Shown here: one piece after another, positions 40,114-49,796 of the stretch
Layout: every line of letters begins with the position of its first letter
Position numbering within the stretch: the first letter of the stretch is position 1
Assembly: GCA_963737265.1 (NCBI GenBank)
Contig: CAVTRY010000016.1
Location: 160,001-224,000, forward strand
Source: an uncultured delta proteobacterium
GTDB taxonomy: Bacteria; Myxococcota_A; Polyangia; Fen-1088
Reading direction: 5' to 3'
Length of the DNA stretch: 64,000 nt
Program-made: the position numbers and the translations under genes
The notes under the pieces: generated by a model
Seen by the model: only the letters and a program-made list of their open reading frames with translations
What the model was told of the DNA's origin: nothing
Database searches by the model: none

Positions 40114-40962
40114 ATGCGGATAGTTGTTGCGCTCGCCGTTGCCGCCCTTGTCGCACTTGTGATTACATGTGGACCTTCGCCAGACGCGCATTTGCCGGGG
40201 TATATTACCGGATCCGGAGGCAGCACTTCTGATATGGGTGGGCAGCCGGGCGTCGGTGGCGCGACGGGAATGGGCGGTGCCATCAATGGTGGTGTGACGG
40301 GAACAGGCGGCGCCGGCGCGGGCGGTGTTGGTGGTGCGGCCGTCGGCACGGGCGGCGGCGGCGCTTCCCCCGTCGGGGATGGCGCTCTTGCGGCGACCTG
40401 CAACGATGGCTTCAAGAATCAGGATGAGACCGACACCGACTGCGGTGGCGCCACCTGCACGGCTCGCTGCGTTGCTGGGAGACGCTGTTTGGTCAACAGC
40501 GACTGTGCCGTAACCACACCACCCCTTGCATGCGACCCCACCACGAATTGGTGCACCGACGCGTGCCAGGACAACAAAATGGATCGGGACGAGACGGGTG
40601 TCGACTGCGGCGGCAGCTGTCCGTTCAAGTGCACCGACGACCCGTGCACCGATGGCACCCAGTGCCAGAGCGGCACTTGTGACGCCACGTTAGGCACTTG
40701 CAAGGCGCCCGAGCACCCGCTGGCCAATATCGATCAGACCTGCTGGGACGGGATCGCCGGCTTCAATCCCGGCGACAAGACGGGCGCGCTCACCAGCATT
40801 GTCCCTTGCATGATCGCCAACTCTTGCTGCAAGTTGCCTCAACCCTTCTGCAGCGAGACCTGCTTCACCAGCAACGACGGTGCTTGCGGCGTCAACAAGA
40901 CAGGCGGCGGCATGGGCCCGCACGACTTCATCCTCGCCTACTACAAGAAGTGCGTGCCGTAG
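40114..40962 (+). CDS. Cys-rich myxobacterial lipoprotein
   Basis: Signal peptide with Cys; Gly-rich linker; two C.D.....DET..DCGG repeats. Confidence 0.8.
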   Translation: MRIVVALAVAALVALVITCGPSPDAHLPGYITGSGGSTSDMGGQPGVGGATGMGGAINGGVTGTGGAGAGGVGGAAVGTGGGGASPVGDGALAATCNDGFKNQDETDTDCGGATCTARCVAGRRCLVNSDCAVTTPPLACDPTTNWCTDACQDNKMDRDETGVDCGGSCPFKCTDDPCTDGTQCQSGTCDATLGTCKAPEHPLANIDQTCWDGIAGFNPGDKTGALTSIVPCMIANSCCKLPQPFCSETCFTSNDGACGVNKTGGGMGPHDFILAYYKKCVP

Positions 40963-41004
40963 CGCGAAGTCTGCGGTGAGAATTGTTCGTAGAAAGGTGT
41001 TGTA

Positions 41005-42087
41005 ATGCAATTCGTCAAGCGTGAGTCTGCTTTTCAGGCCGCGTCGATCATCGCGTTCGTGGCCATGCTGGCCTGTTCGGGATGCAGCGCGAGCGGAACC
41101 GTCGCCATCGGCGGCCTCGGCGGCAGCGGGTCGGTCACGATCTCGGGCGCAGGCGGAATCGCCACGGGCGCGGGCGGCGCGATCATTGTCACGCTCACCT
41201 CCTCTGACGCAGGCAGCGGTGCGGGCGGCACATCGGGCACCACGGCCACTACCGAAGTTTGGCCGCCGCCAGGCTACCTCAACGTCACCAATGCCTCCTA
41301 CGGCGCGTACGCGCTTGGTCCCGAGATAGACTCGCCGAGCGCACCTGCAAGTGGCTCGGGCGGCACATCGGGCGCCGGAGGCAGCACGGCAGCCGCCTCC
41401 GGAATTTGCGGCGGGCTCTACGGCGTGGTCCGGGATTTCAAAATGAGCAGCATGCCGGGCGGGCACCCGGATTTCGAGCACGACCCGCAAGGCGGCGAAA
41501 CCGGCATCGTTCAGAAAGCCCTGGGAAGCGATGGCAAGCCCGTTTATGGCGACCACCCGACGGGAACGCTGACGACCACAGGAAAGACCTACTTCGACCA
41601 GTGGTACCGCGACGTCCCCGGCGTGAACCGAACCTACCTCGTGGGCTTGCACTTCGTGCAGAACGGGAATGTCGTCACGTTTGCGGCATCTATGAACAAC
41701 AAAGGCGTTTCGGACTCGTCCTATTTCCCCCTCGACAATGCGGGATTTGGCAATCAGGGCTACGACCACAATTTCAGCTTCACCACCGAAATCCACACCA
41801 ATTTCACCTACAACGGCGGCGAGGTCTTCACGTTTCAAGGCGACGACGACGTGTTCGTCTTCATCAACGGCCAGCTTGCCATCGACATGGGCGGGATCCA
41901 CCCACAGGACACCAAGACCGTCGATCTCGACGCGCAGGCGAGCACCCTTGGGATCTCCAAGGGTCAAATCTACCCGCTCGCCGTGTTCAATGCCGAACGC
42001 CACACCTCGCAATCGAACTTTCGCGTGGACACGACCATGGCATTCACGGACTGCGGCCAGGTCAACGGCCAACCCGTCATCTATTAG
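41005..42087 (+). CDS. Fibro-slime (PA14) domain lipoprotein
   Basis: HPDFE, FDQWYRD, HNFSFTTE, GDDDVFVFING.L..D.GG.H, AERHT. Confidence 0.9.
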   Translation: MQFVKRESAFQAASIIAFVAMLACSGCSASGTVAIGGLGGSGSVTISGAGGIATGAGGAIIVTLTSSDAGSGAGGTSGTTATTEVWPPPGYLNVTNASYGAYALGPEIDSPSAPASGSGGTSGAGGSTAAASGICGGLYGVVRDFKMSSMPGGHPDFEHDPQGGETGIVQKALGSDGKPVYGDHPTGTLTTTGKTYFDQWYRDVPGVNRTYLVGLHFVQNGNVVTFAASMNNKGVSDSSYFPLDNAGFGNQGYDHNFSFTTEIHTNFTYNGGEVFTFQGDDDVFVFINGQLAIDMGGIHPQDTKTVDLDAQASTLGISKGQIYPLAVFNAERHTSQSNFRVDTTMAFTDCGQVNGQPVIY

Positions 42088-42126
42088 GGTCCACCTCGAC
42101 GGGCACGAGTTGGCTCGCGGGACCAC

Positions 42127-42183
42127 CCCCGATGACCAGGAGATCCAGAAGGCTGGCCGCTCAGCGCTTGTCGTACTCGTCAT
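42127..42183 (-). pseudogene. 5' fragment of a PP-loop ATPase (diphthine-ammonia ligase-like)
   Basis: MTSTTSAERPAFWISWSSG overlaps the DUF899 stop and breaks off where SWSSGKDS would continue. Confidence 0.5.
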
Positions 42184-42928
42184 GACGGCGCCACCAGAGT
42201 CCCGTCTCGTTGCGTCCCTTGGGCGTGCGATCGAGCCACTGGTACATGCCCCAGAGGCCGTCCAGCCCGCGCGCGTAGGTGGAGTAGGTGTGGTAAACGA
42301 CGCCGTCCTCGAGCGCGAACGCGCTCATGCCCGGCCGCTCGCGGAAGAACGTCGGCCAGTCGGTTCCGACGCCGGCGGCGATCGCGGCGCCGATGGTACC
42401 TCCGCCCGACTCGGCGATCGCCTTCTCGTCCTGGGGTGTGAAGTTGTACTCCCCAACACGCAGCCGCTGCTGCTCTTCGGTGATCCCGACCCCGAAGTCG
42501 TGGTTGAAGTCGCTTCCGAATGACGACGCCCACGGGAAGCTCCAGCCCATGCGGCGCTTGTAGGCTTGTACCTTCGCCAGCGGCGCCCGCGACACGGCGG
42601 TGAGCATGACGTCGTGATTCGCTAGGTGGACGGCGAAGCCGTCGAAGCCGTCCGCAATCGCCGAGCACGACGGGCAGCCGGCCTGGTAGTCGGGCCCGAG
42701 CATGAAGTGGTAGACGAGGAGCTGCGACCGCCCCTGGAAGAGGTCGGCCAGCCTAGCGCTCCCGTCGTCGATTTCGAATCGGTACTCCTTGTCGATCCGG
42801 ACCCAGGGCAGCTCCTGCCGTCGGCGCGCCAGCTCGTCGCTCTGCCGGGTGAGCGCCTTCTCCTCCTTGAGCAGCTCGAGCCGGGCCGCGCGCCATTCTT
42901 GCCGTGTCCCTATCTTGTGGTTCATCAT
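42161..42928 (-). CDS. DUF899 thioredoxin-like protein
   Basis: EW.AAR..LL..EK.LTR, LLVYHFM, GCPSCS, YSTYARG, WWRRHDEY. Confidence 0.92.
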   Translation of the reverse strand: MMNHKIGTRQEWRAARLELLKEEKALTRQSDELARRRQELPWVRIDKEYRFEIDDGSARLADLFQGRSQLLVYHFMLGPDYQAGCPSCSAIADGFDGFAVHLANHDVMLTAVSRAPLAKVQAYKRRMGWSFPWASSFGSDFNHDFGVGITEEQQRLRVGEYNFTPQDEKAIAESGGGTIGAAIAAGVGTDWPTFFRERPGMSAFALEDGVVYHTYSTYARGLDGLWGMYQWLDRTPKGRNETGLWWRRHDEYDKR

Positions 42929-43120
42929 GAGTCCTCTCCGTCTGGTCGTCGTGTTGGTCTGACCGAGAAGGGTGGAATCCAGTTCACCTTCATGGGTAGA
43001 TCCCGAACGTCAGATGCCTCAAGCGGCAGTCGCGTTACCGATGAAGTGCGGGTTCGTCCACCAGCGAATGCTTATGATCGCGGATCACGGGCGCGTCGAT
43101 CGCGAGACCCGCACCGGTGA

Positions 43121-44854
43121 ATGCGTGATAGATTGCACGTGATGACCGCGGCCAACGCCAACCGGCACCCCGCTGGCCTGGTGGGCTCGTTAGCCAGTGC
43201 CGCGATAGCCTCCTTCTTGTGTTTCGGGGCGTTGCAGCTCTTCATCCACCCCGCCTGCGCCTACGATGCGCAGCAACCGGTCTTCTTCGCCACGACCGAA
43301 TTTCTCGCCAATCATCTGGCGGTGCCGGGCGGTCCGAGTGAGTACCTCGGTCTCTTCCTCTCGCAAGCCTGGTACTTTGGCGCTCTCGGCTCTGCGGTTT
43401 CCGCTCTCGTCATCTTCCTGATCCTCGGCGCCTACGGCGTCGCTGTCAGAATGATGTCGTGGCGCGCTCGGCCGCTGCTCTCGATCTTGCCGGCGGTTCC
43501 GCTCATCTGCATGCACTGTTCGTACTACCACCCGATGAAGGCCGACATCGTTGTGCTGTTTACTCTTTTGGGCGCCATTGGCTATTGTGCGCTGCGGACG
43601 TCGTCACCGGTCGCGAAGCGGTTCGCCTGGATGTCGTTCCTCTTGCTGGTGCTTTGGGCGGCTGGAAGCCTGGGCATGGTTCTGTTTGCCGCATTTTCGG
43701 TAGCGCTTGAGGCCCGGCCCTGGAGCAGAGGAGCCTGGCTTGCCATCACTTTCCAGATCGCCGCAGGCGCTTTGCTGCTTTGGGGCATCGGAGCGCTAGC
43801 CATCGCACGTCCATTCCAGGAATTGCTCTCGTTTTCCGCGATGGCCTCGGCCTGGCTGATCCCGTCCGTCCTCCTGGTGCTCGTGGTCACCTTGGCCCCG
43901 CTCATTGCGCTTTTACCGACCGTGACGGTGTCGCCTTGGCCGCCGACTTTGCGGACGATACTTGGCCATGGCGCGGTCTACATGCTGCTCGTGTGTGCCA
44001 GCGCGGCTGGCATTGAGCTTTGTCTTGATAGAGAGGCCCGGCGGCACTTTCTCTTCGACCGTCTTGCCCAAGAAGGAAAGTGGTCGGAAATCCTGCGCGA
44101 TGCCGCCCAGAGCGAGTCCGAACCACGTTCTTCGCAGCCGTTCGACAGTTTCTACACGACACGGGCTCTGTATCACAGCGGCAAGCTACTCGAAACACTG
44201 GTCTTTTCGCATCCTGCCAGCCCGTTAAACGGCCTTGCTTTTCCGCCACCGGAAGAAAACGGCGAAACGATCCTCGCCAATGGCGATCTGTTCTTTGAAA
44301 TGGGCGCGGTGGGGCACGCCATCCGATTTGCGAGCGAAGCGATTGCGTTCTACGGATATTCTCCGCGACTTCTGCAAAGACTGGCCCTCTGCTATGCGGC
44401 AGAAGGGAAGATCGAGATGGCCCGATCCATGACCGCCATGCTAAAGCGGACCCTCATCGAGCGCGCCTGGGCACTCTCTTTCGCAAGGCAACTCGACGAC
44501 GCCAAGGAACTCGCCGGGAACGCGACGATTGCTCGTTTGCGGCGGCTCAATCCGAGGTCGGTTTTCATATCTCAACCGACCACTCTTGCCTACGAATTCC
44601 GTCACATCTGGTCGAGCGGGGCGACCTACAACAGGATGGCAATGGAGTACTTCCTCGCATCGGCGCCCCAGCTCATCGGACAATATCTAGATTTTATGGC
44701 GCTGGCGAGTGATTGTAAAGTGGGCGACACACGGTCCTGTGAACGTTGCAAGTCCGAGTTTGGGCAGACGTTCTGGTACAACCAATTCACCCGTTTGCCT
44801 GATCTATTCGACCTGACTCCGACGGCCGGCGAAGGCGGCGACGCCGCGCTATGA
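43121..44854 (+). CDS. DUF6057-like membrane protein
   Basis: EQ-like/F...PGG..EY...FL.Q pattern, multiple TMs, NRMAMEYFLA and FG.TFW near the C-terminus; ATGA overlap with the next gene. Confidence 0.7.
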   Translation: MRDRLHVMTAANANRHPAGLVGSLASAAIASFLCFGALQLFIHPACAYDAQQPVFFATTEFLANHLAVPGGPSEYLGLFLSQAWYFGALGSAVSALVIFLILGAYGVAVRMMSWRARPLLSILPAVPLICMHCSYYHPMKADIVVLFTLLGAIGYCALRTSSPVAKRFAWMSFLLLVLWAAGSLGMVLFAAFSVALEARPWSRGAWLAITFQIAAGALLLWGIGALAIARPFQELLSFSAMASAWLIPSVLLVLVVTLAPLIALLPTVTVSPWPPTLRTILGHGAVYMLLVCASAAGIELCLDREARRHFLFDRLAQEGKWSEILRDAAQSESEPRSSQPFDSFYTTRALYHSGKLLETLVFSHPASPLNGLAFPPPEENGETILANGDLFFEMGAVGHAIRFASEAIAFYGYSPRLLQRLALCYAAEGKIEMARSMTAMLKRTLIERAWALSFARQLDDAKELAGNATIARLRRLNPRSVFISQPTTLAYEFRHIWSSGATYNRMAMEYFLASAPQLIGQYLDFMALASDCKVGDTRSCERCKSEFGQTFWYNQFTRLPDLFDLTPTAGEGGDAAL

Positions 44855-45314
44855 AAAGGTCTCTCGTCACCTGGGGCCTCACCCCTTGCCTGATGATGGT
44901 CATTGCCAATCTCACAGGCTGCTCTGGAAAGGGTCCGGTAAGTCCGGTTGCGCTGGTGGATTCCTATCCATCGATCTTCCCCGACTATAACGGAACCGAG
45001 GTGCCGCCCAACATAGCGCCGCTCAACTTCGTCATCCAAGAGCGCGGGTACGAATTTCACGTGGTGCTAAAAGGCGCCGCAGGCGAGTCGCTTATCGTTC
45101 GATCGAGCAACCCCGTCATCCAGTTTCCCGCCGAAAAGTGGCACGCTCTGGTCAGCCGCTCTGCCGGCGCAAGCTTTGCCATGGAAATAAGTGTGCGACG
45201 GGAACAGGGTTGGGTCAGCTTCAAACCGTTGCGCAATGCCGTCGCGCGGGAGCCCATCGACCCGTACCTTGTTTACCGTCTGATCAATCCTGGCTATGAA
45301 GGGTGGTCCGAAAT

Positions 45315-46602
45315 CAGGGTCATCGCATCATCCCACATCGGGTTGGGCCATGAGGACTTGCAGAATGAAGTCCTGATCCCATGCCGCGCGCATTCGGCGA
45401 AGCCTGATGCTGAGCCTGCAGTCTTTGACTGATTTGAGGAGGTTGAGTGAGATGTGGCGCATCACTGCAAAGTTCTGGGCGGCGTTGCCGGCGCGAACAC
45501 GGCATTCGTCCTCACGGAAAGTGACGTCGAGAACCCAGTGCAATTCATTTTCGATTCCCCAGTGCTTCCGAGCGGCGTCGAGAGCGGCATCTGCTGGGAG
45601 GTTCTTTCGCGAACTGATGTAGTAGCGGCACTCGGTTGAAGTGTGCCCCGAGACCGTGCGCTCGGACTCGATCAATACCAAGCTGCTCAGACCCGTCCAT
45701 TCCTGGTACTGGGAGATGCTCTCGACCATGTTTGTGGTCCAGCACCGGCGAACCTCGGTTCGTCCGTGCCCAACATCGCGTGTCTCGTGAAAATCCACGT
45801 CCAATCCCGTCGGGTCGCGACGACAATGCGCGAAGATTGTCGTCACTTCAGCGCTGAGCGTGGGTTGGTTCTCCTTCACCGCGAGCAGGTAATCCGCGTC
45901 GGCGTCCTGGATATCTGCGGTGATCTGCTTCTGGCAGCCCATCGCATCGATAGTTACTAGACAGCCCTTGATCTTCAGGAGCTTGAGCAACCGCGGAATG
46001 GCAGTGATCTCGTTGGATTTCTCCTCTGTCTTGACCTGCCCAAGAACCACGTGGTTGTTGGTGGCCCAGGCACTAACCATGTGGACGAAAGCGTGGCTGC
46101 CGGCCTCTTGGAAGGATCGTCGCAGCGTCTTGCCGTCGATGGCCACGACCTCGCCTTTCGTGAGTCGCGCCACGCTCAAGATCCACTGCCGGAACCTCTC
46201 AGCCAGGGCATCTGGATTCAGGGCTGCAAACACCCTCCCGATGGTGTCGTGTGTGGGAATCCCGCCGCGCAGACCGATAAACGTTCGTAACCAGGCTTCT
46301 CTTGCCCGCCCATAGGTCTCGATAGCACAGAAGGAGTCAGCACCACAGACCACGGCACACAACGATAGCATCAGGATGTCCGTCAGCGCGTGGTGCCGCG
46401 TCCGCTCCACCCGCGGATCCGGCACCGACGCGAAGTACTCCAGGATCGATGCCGCCAGCTCTTCCTTTTCTCGTTCCGCCACGGTTGTTCGCTTCATGAC
46501 TTACGAACAAGCCACGATATCGCCCTTCAATCAAAAAACGTTCCTCTCTGGTGCGCCGGCTATACCGCGAAGATCGTTCGGGATTTAGATGCGATGACCC
46601 TG
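45315..46602 (-). mobile_element. ISAs1-family insertion sequence (1288 bp)
   Basis: 15-bp perfect terminal inverted repeats CAGGGTCATCGCATC; 10-bp target duplication GGTCCGAAAT at 45305-45314 and 46603-46612. Confidence 0.96.
45328..46497 (-). CDS. ISAs1 transposase
   Basis: DPR, GIPTHDT, AIDGKTLR, KSNEITAIP, TIDAMGCQ, HGRTEVR, HWGIENELHW.LDV.F.ED. Confidence 0.97.
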   Translation of the reverse strand: MKRTTVAEREKEELAASILEYFASVPDPRVERTRHHALTDILMLSLCAVVCGADSFCAIETYGRAREAWLRTFIGLRGGIPTHDTIGRVFAALNPDALAERFRQWILSVARLTKGEVVAIDGKTLRRSFQEAGSHAFVHMVSAWATNNHVVLGQVKTEEKSNEITAIPRLLKLLKIKGCLVTIDAMGCQKQITADIQDADADYLLAVKENQPTLSAEVTTIFAHCRRDPTGLDVDFHETRDVGHGRTEVRRCWTTNMVESISQYQEWTGLSSLVLIESERTVSGHTSTECRYYISSRKNLPADAALDAARKHWGIENELHWVLDVTFREDECRVRAGNAAQNFAVMRHISLNLLKSVKDCRLSIRLRRMRAAWDQDFILQVLMAQPDVG

Positions 46603-47777
46603 GGTCCGAAATGGGGATCTACCAGCGCGACCTGGAATCCTTCAGCGAGACACCGATTCTGAAAAACGATGCCATCGATCACGCTTGCATCAATTGCCAC
46701 TCGTTCCGCGGCAACGATCCAGCCACGATGACCCTGCAATTGCGGAAGGCTCACGCTGGCACCCTGGTCTGCCGAAACAACCAGGTCGAGAAGATAGACA
46801 CGAAGAACGAGCACATGCCGGGCCCAGGGGCCTACTCCTCGTGGCATCCGAGCGGCTCGGCGATAGCGTTCTCTACCAACAGCATCGCCCAGGTCTTCCC
46901 TTCGAGCGCGGCGTGGCACATCGAAGTGTTCGATAAGGCGTCCGACCTCATGGTGTATGACGTGATTTCGGGTACAGCTTCAACTTCGGCATCGATATCG
47001 ACACCGGGCCTCGAAAATCTGCCTGCGTGGTCACCCGATGGGAAGTATCTCTACTATTGTCGCGCGGCCCGCCCGCAGAGCCCGAGATTCGTCATCGATA
47101 AAGCTTCGGGTGGCATCTTGGTCGAGCAGTCGAACGGATCCTGGGAGAGCGACAGCGCGGATCCCCAGGACGAAAGCCCTGGAGATGTGTGGGTCAAGGA
47201 TTTCAAGCAGCGGCAGTACGATCTGATGCGGATCCCCTACGCCGTCGACTCGAAGACCTGGGGGACTCCCGAGCCTGTGCTGCTGGCGCGAGACGCCGGC
47301 AAGAGCATCGCATTCCCACGCGTGTCGCCCGACGGTCGGTACCTCATGTTCGTCATGTCGGCCTTCGGCTATTTCACCATTCACCATGCGGATGCCGACC
47401 TGTACCTGATGGACCTGACCACCCGGAGCTATCGGCGTCTCGACGAGGTGAACAGCGACGATGTGGAAAGCTTCCACTCGTGGTCATCGAACGGCCGCTG
47501 GTTCGTGTTTAGCAGCAAGCGGCTCGACGGGATACGCGCCAGGCCGTTTTTGGCGTACTTCGATTCGGCGGGTGTGGCGCGCAAGCCTTTCCTTCTGCCT
47601 CAGAAGGATCCGGGCACCTATTCCGCGACTTCCATGACCTACAATATTCCCGAGCTCGTCACCGGAAAGGTGCCCTTTTCGGAACGCCTGCTTCGTGACC
47701 GTGCCATCGGACCGGCCAGGCCCGTTGCGCTAGTGCAATAGGGGCGGTCGTCACGGAGACGGCATGCGAGCGCTACT

Positions 47778-49025
47778 TCAAGAAACTTTCCAGCGCCCCC
47801 AAATGGTGCTCCGAAAGCCGCCGGTTGCGCGGCCCGCAACCATCACAGCCTTGCGGCCGGGATGCGCGGCTGCGCCCGGACTGGCCCCGACTGGCACCCT
47901 GGTCAGAATGCGGGTCAGTTCGCCGAGGTCGAGAGCTGTCGGCACCGCGCACGTGCGCCAGTGCCCGCAGCCGGAGGATTCGAGCAGAACGCACTGGGCA
48001 GGCAGGCCTTGCGCGCGAGCTCGCCAGCCAGCGCCCACCAATCCGGGGACGCAGGCCACGCCGACGATCCCAACGTTGCCCCCAGCCAACGCGGGCGAGC
48101 GAAGGAATCTGCCAAAATCCGAGCCGTGCAGAACGGCCAGGGCCCGGGCACCGACGCGGGCCGCGACGGCGGTCGCATCGGATACCGTGCAGCCCTCGGT
48201 ACAGCCCGTGCAGCTTAGCTCTGTGTCCGAGCGGCGGGCAGCACACTCGGCGTCCATTCGGCGGCGCGCGCAGCCGGGTAGCACCACCACGTGGCGCCCG
48301 CAGGCGAGAAAGTCTTCGCGCCAGGCGCGATTGAGGATCTCGGCACCCACCATGTTGAAATGGTACTCCACACGACGGCGCGAGCACTGAACGGTATCTT
48401 CGCGCTGGCCACGCAGGGGTAGCGTGCGGCGGAGAAAGCGATCCACGCGGGCAGTGAAGATGCCAAGGGTGCTTTCGCTGGCCGTTTCGAATTGGATGGC
48501 AAAGGCCACCAGCGCGCGCAGGAACACGCCTGCCCATGTGGGATGGGCGGCGAAGAAGGCTTGCCACCCCGCGAGACGCCCAAGCTCGTCATCGTATTCG
48601 CCCGAGGCGAGGAGCCACTCGGCGAGGCGGGCAAAATCCGCGACGCTAGGGTCGCTTCGGCCAGCCGTGAAGGGTGCATCGAGCGCGAGAAGCGCCGCCC
48701 TGGATCCGTCGCGCCGACGGCCACAGCCCGCGCGCCGCTCGCCCGCCAGCTCCTCGACCCAAGCGTTGCGTTTGCGATCCTCCGCCGTGGCTTCGTGTCC
48801 GCGTGCCCGCCAAAGCACGCCTACCATGAGCGCTTCCAGCACATACTCCTCATGAGATCGTCGCCGCTCTCGTCCGGTCGCCTCGACCAATCGACCGTAG
48901 GCGTCGAGGAAAGCGCGCAATGGCTCGCTTTGGGCAAGGACCTCATCGGCGAGGGCAGCGACTGCCTTCTGGTAAGCGCCAGGAGCGGCGGCAATAGGAC
49001 GGAGCGTGTAGGTTGGGTGGTCCAT
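47778..49025 (-). CDS. DUF116-domain Cys-rich protein
   Basis: EYHFNMVGAEILNR, LPGC.R....C.A.......C..C...C, VGVAC, GCGHW; GAGG RBS. Confidence 0.75.
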   Translation of the reverse strand: MDHPTYTLRPIAAAPGAYQKAVAALADEVLAQSEPLRAFLDAYGRLVEATGRERRRSHEEYVLEALMVGVLWRARGHEATAEDRKRNAWVEELAGERRAGCGRRRDGSRAALLALDAPFTAGRSDPSVADFARLAEWLLASGEYDDELGRLAGWQAFFAAHPTWAGVFLRALVAFAIQFETASESTLGIFTARVDRFLRRTLPLRGQREDTVQCSRRRVEYHFNMVGAEILNRAWREDFLACGRHVVVLPGCARRRMDAECAARRSDTELSCTGCTEGCTVSDATAVAARVGARALAVLHGSDFGRFLRSPALAGGNVGIVGVACVPGLVGAGWRARAQGLPAQCVLLESSGCGHWRTCAVPTALDLGELTRILTRVPVGASPGAAAHPGRKAVMVAGRATGGFRSTIWGRWKVS

Positions 49026-49048
49026 CGTGGGCCTCGCTGCTTCACCTA

Positions 49049-49063
49049 GCACGGACGATGCCA
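49049..49063 (-). promoter_or_regulatory. Sigma54 -24/-12 promoter of the DUF116 gene
   Basis: TGGCATCGTCCGTGC (GG-N10-GC). Confidence 0.75.
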
Positions 49064-49099
49064 GTGCGAAGCCGCGCAACTCCGAGGGGTTGCAGCGCC

Positions 49100-49131
49100 C
49101 CGGACACTTGTCCGCGTCCGGTGCGGACAGG
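49100..49131 (-). promoter_or_regulatory. Putative enhancer (bEBP binding site), copy 1
   Basis: Reiterated TGTCCG/CGGACA half-sites; near-identical inverted copy at 49516-49546. Confidence 0.65.
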
Positions 49132-49155
49132 TGCTCGGGAGCCCTGGCATTCTCT

Positions 49156-49488
49156 TCAGCGCACGCGGCGTTCGAAGGAAAGGCCCAGTCGCTCCATGCG
49201 CCGGTAAAGGGCCTGCCTGGAAAGCCCCATCTCGGCCGCCGCGCGCGACACAACGCCGCGCGCGCGGCCCAGCGCCTCTTCGATGGCGGCCCGCTCGGCA
49301 GCGTCGGCGCTGTTCGTTGGCGTAGCGGCGGCTGGCTTGGCTGTCGGCGCAGATGTTGACACCGGAGCTCGCGAAAGTCGGCTGATTTCAACATCGCCCG
49401 TCGGCAACGCCAGCGCCGCCGCGCCAATGCGCAGCCCGGCCTCGACCAGCACTGCGCGCTGGATGCGATTCTGTAACTCGCGCACGTC
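49156..49488 (-). pseudogene. 3' fragment of a sigma54-dependent activator (end of AAA+ domain plus Fis HTH)
   Basis: VRELQNRIQRAVL...ERAAIEEAL...VSRAAAEMGLSRQALYRRM; everything up to WPGN is missing. Confidence 0.88.
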
Positions 49489-49515
49489 TACCCCGGTCAC
49501 TTGTTCACTTCGCCG

Positions 49516-49546
49516 CCTGTCCGCCCGGACGCGGACAAATGTCCGG
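49516..49546 (+). promoter_or_regulatory. Putative enhancer, copy 2
   Basis: CCTGTCCGCCCGGACGCGGACAAATGTCCGG. Confidence 0.65.
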
Positions 49547-49589
49547 CTCTGCTCGGCAAGAGATCCGCAGCTTTACGCCAAGCTGGCTT

Positions 49590-49604
49590 TGGCATAGTGC
49601 GTGC
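49590..49604 (+). promoter_or_regulatory. Sigma54 -24/-12 promoter
   Basis: TGGCATAGTGCGTGC (GG-N10-GC) upstream of AAGGAG and ATG 49631. Confidence 0.75.
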
Positions 49605-49630
49605 TGTACGTCAGTCGCACAAGGAGAACC

Positions 49631-49795
49631 ATGGACACCAGCACGCTCAAGGATCGCACCGCCATCTGTGGAATCGACTGCTTCAACTGCGAGTTCTTTC
49701 ACACCAATATCGATGCATTCCTTGCCAATATGCCGCCCGAACGAAAACGCGGCTTCGAAGCACGCGGCATGACCATCGAGAAGGTACGCTGCAAC
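49631..49795 (+). pseudogene. 5' fragment of a DUF3795-like Cys-rich protein
   Basis: AICGIDCFNC...KVRC then breaks off before the expected CxGC, running into the 3' end of the convergent gene. Confidence 0.7.
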
Positions 49796-49796
49796 T

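Larger units (their letters stand above)
44851..47741 (+). pseudogene. TolB-like (PD40 beta-propeller) CxxCH lipoprotein interrupted by ISAs1
   Basis: LTG-C lipobox, IFPDY...PPNIAPLNF, YRLI.P; removing the IS and one target copy restores EGWSEMGIYQRDL; then CINCHSF and several P.(W/V)SPDG repeats. Confidence 0.9.
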
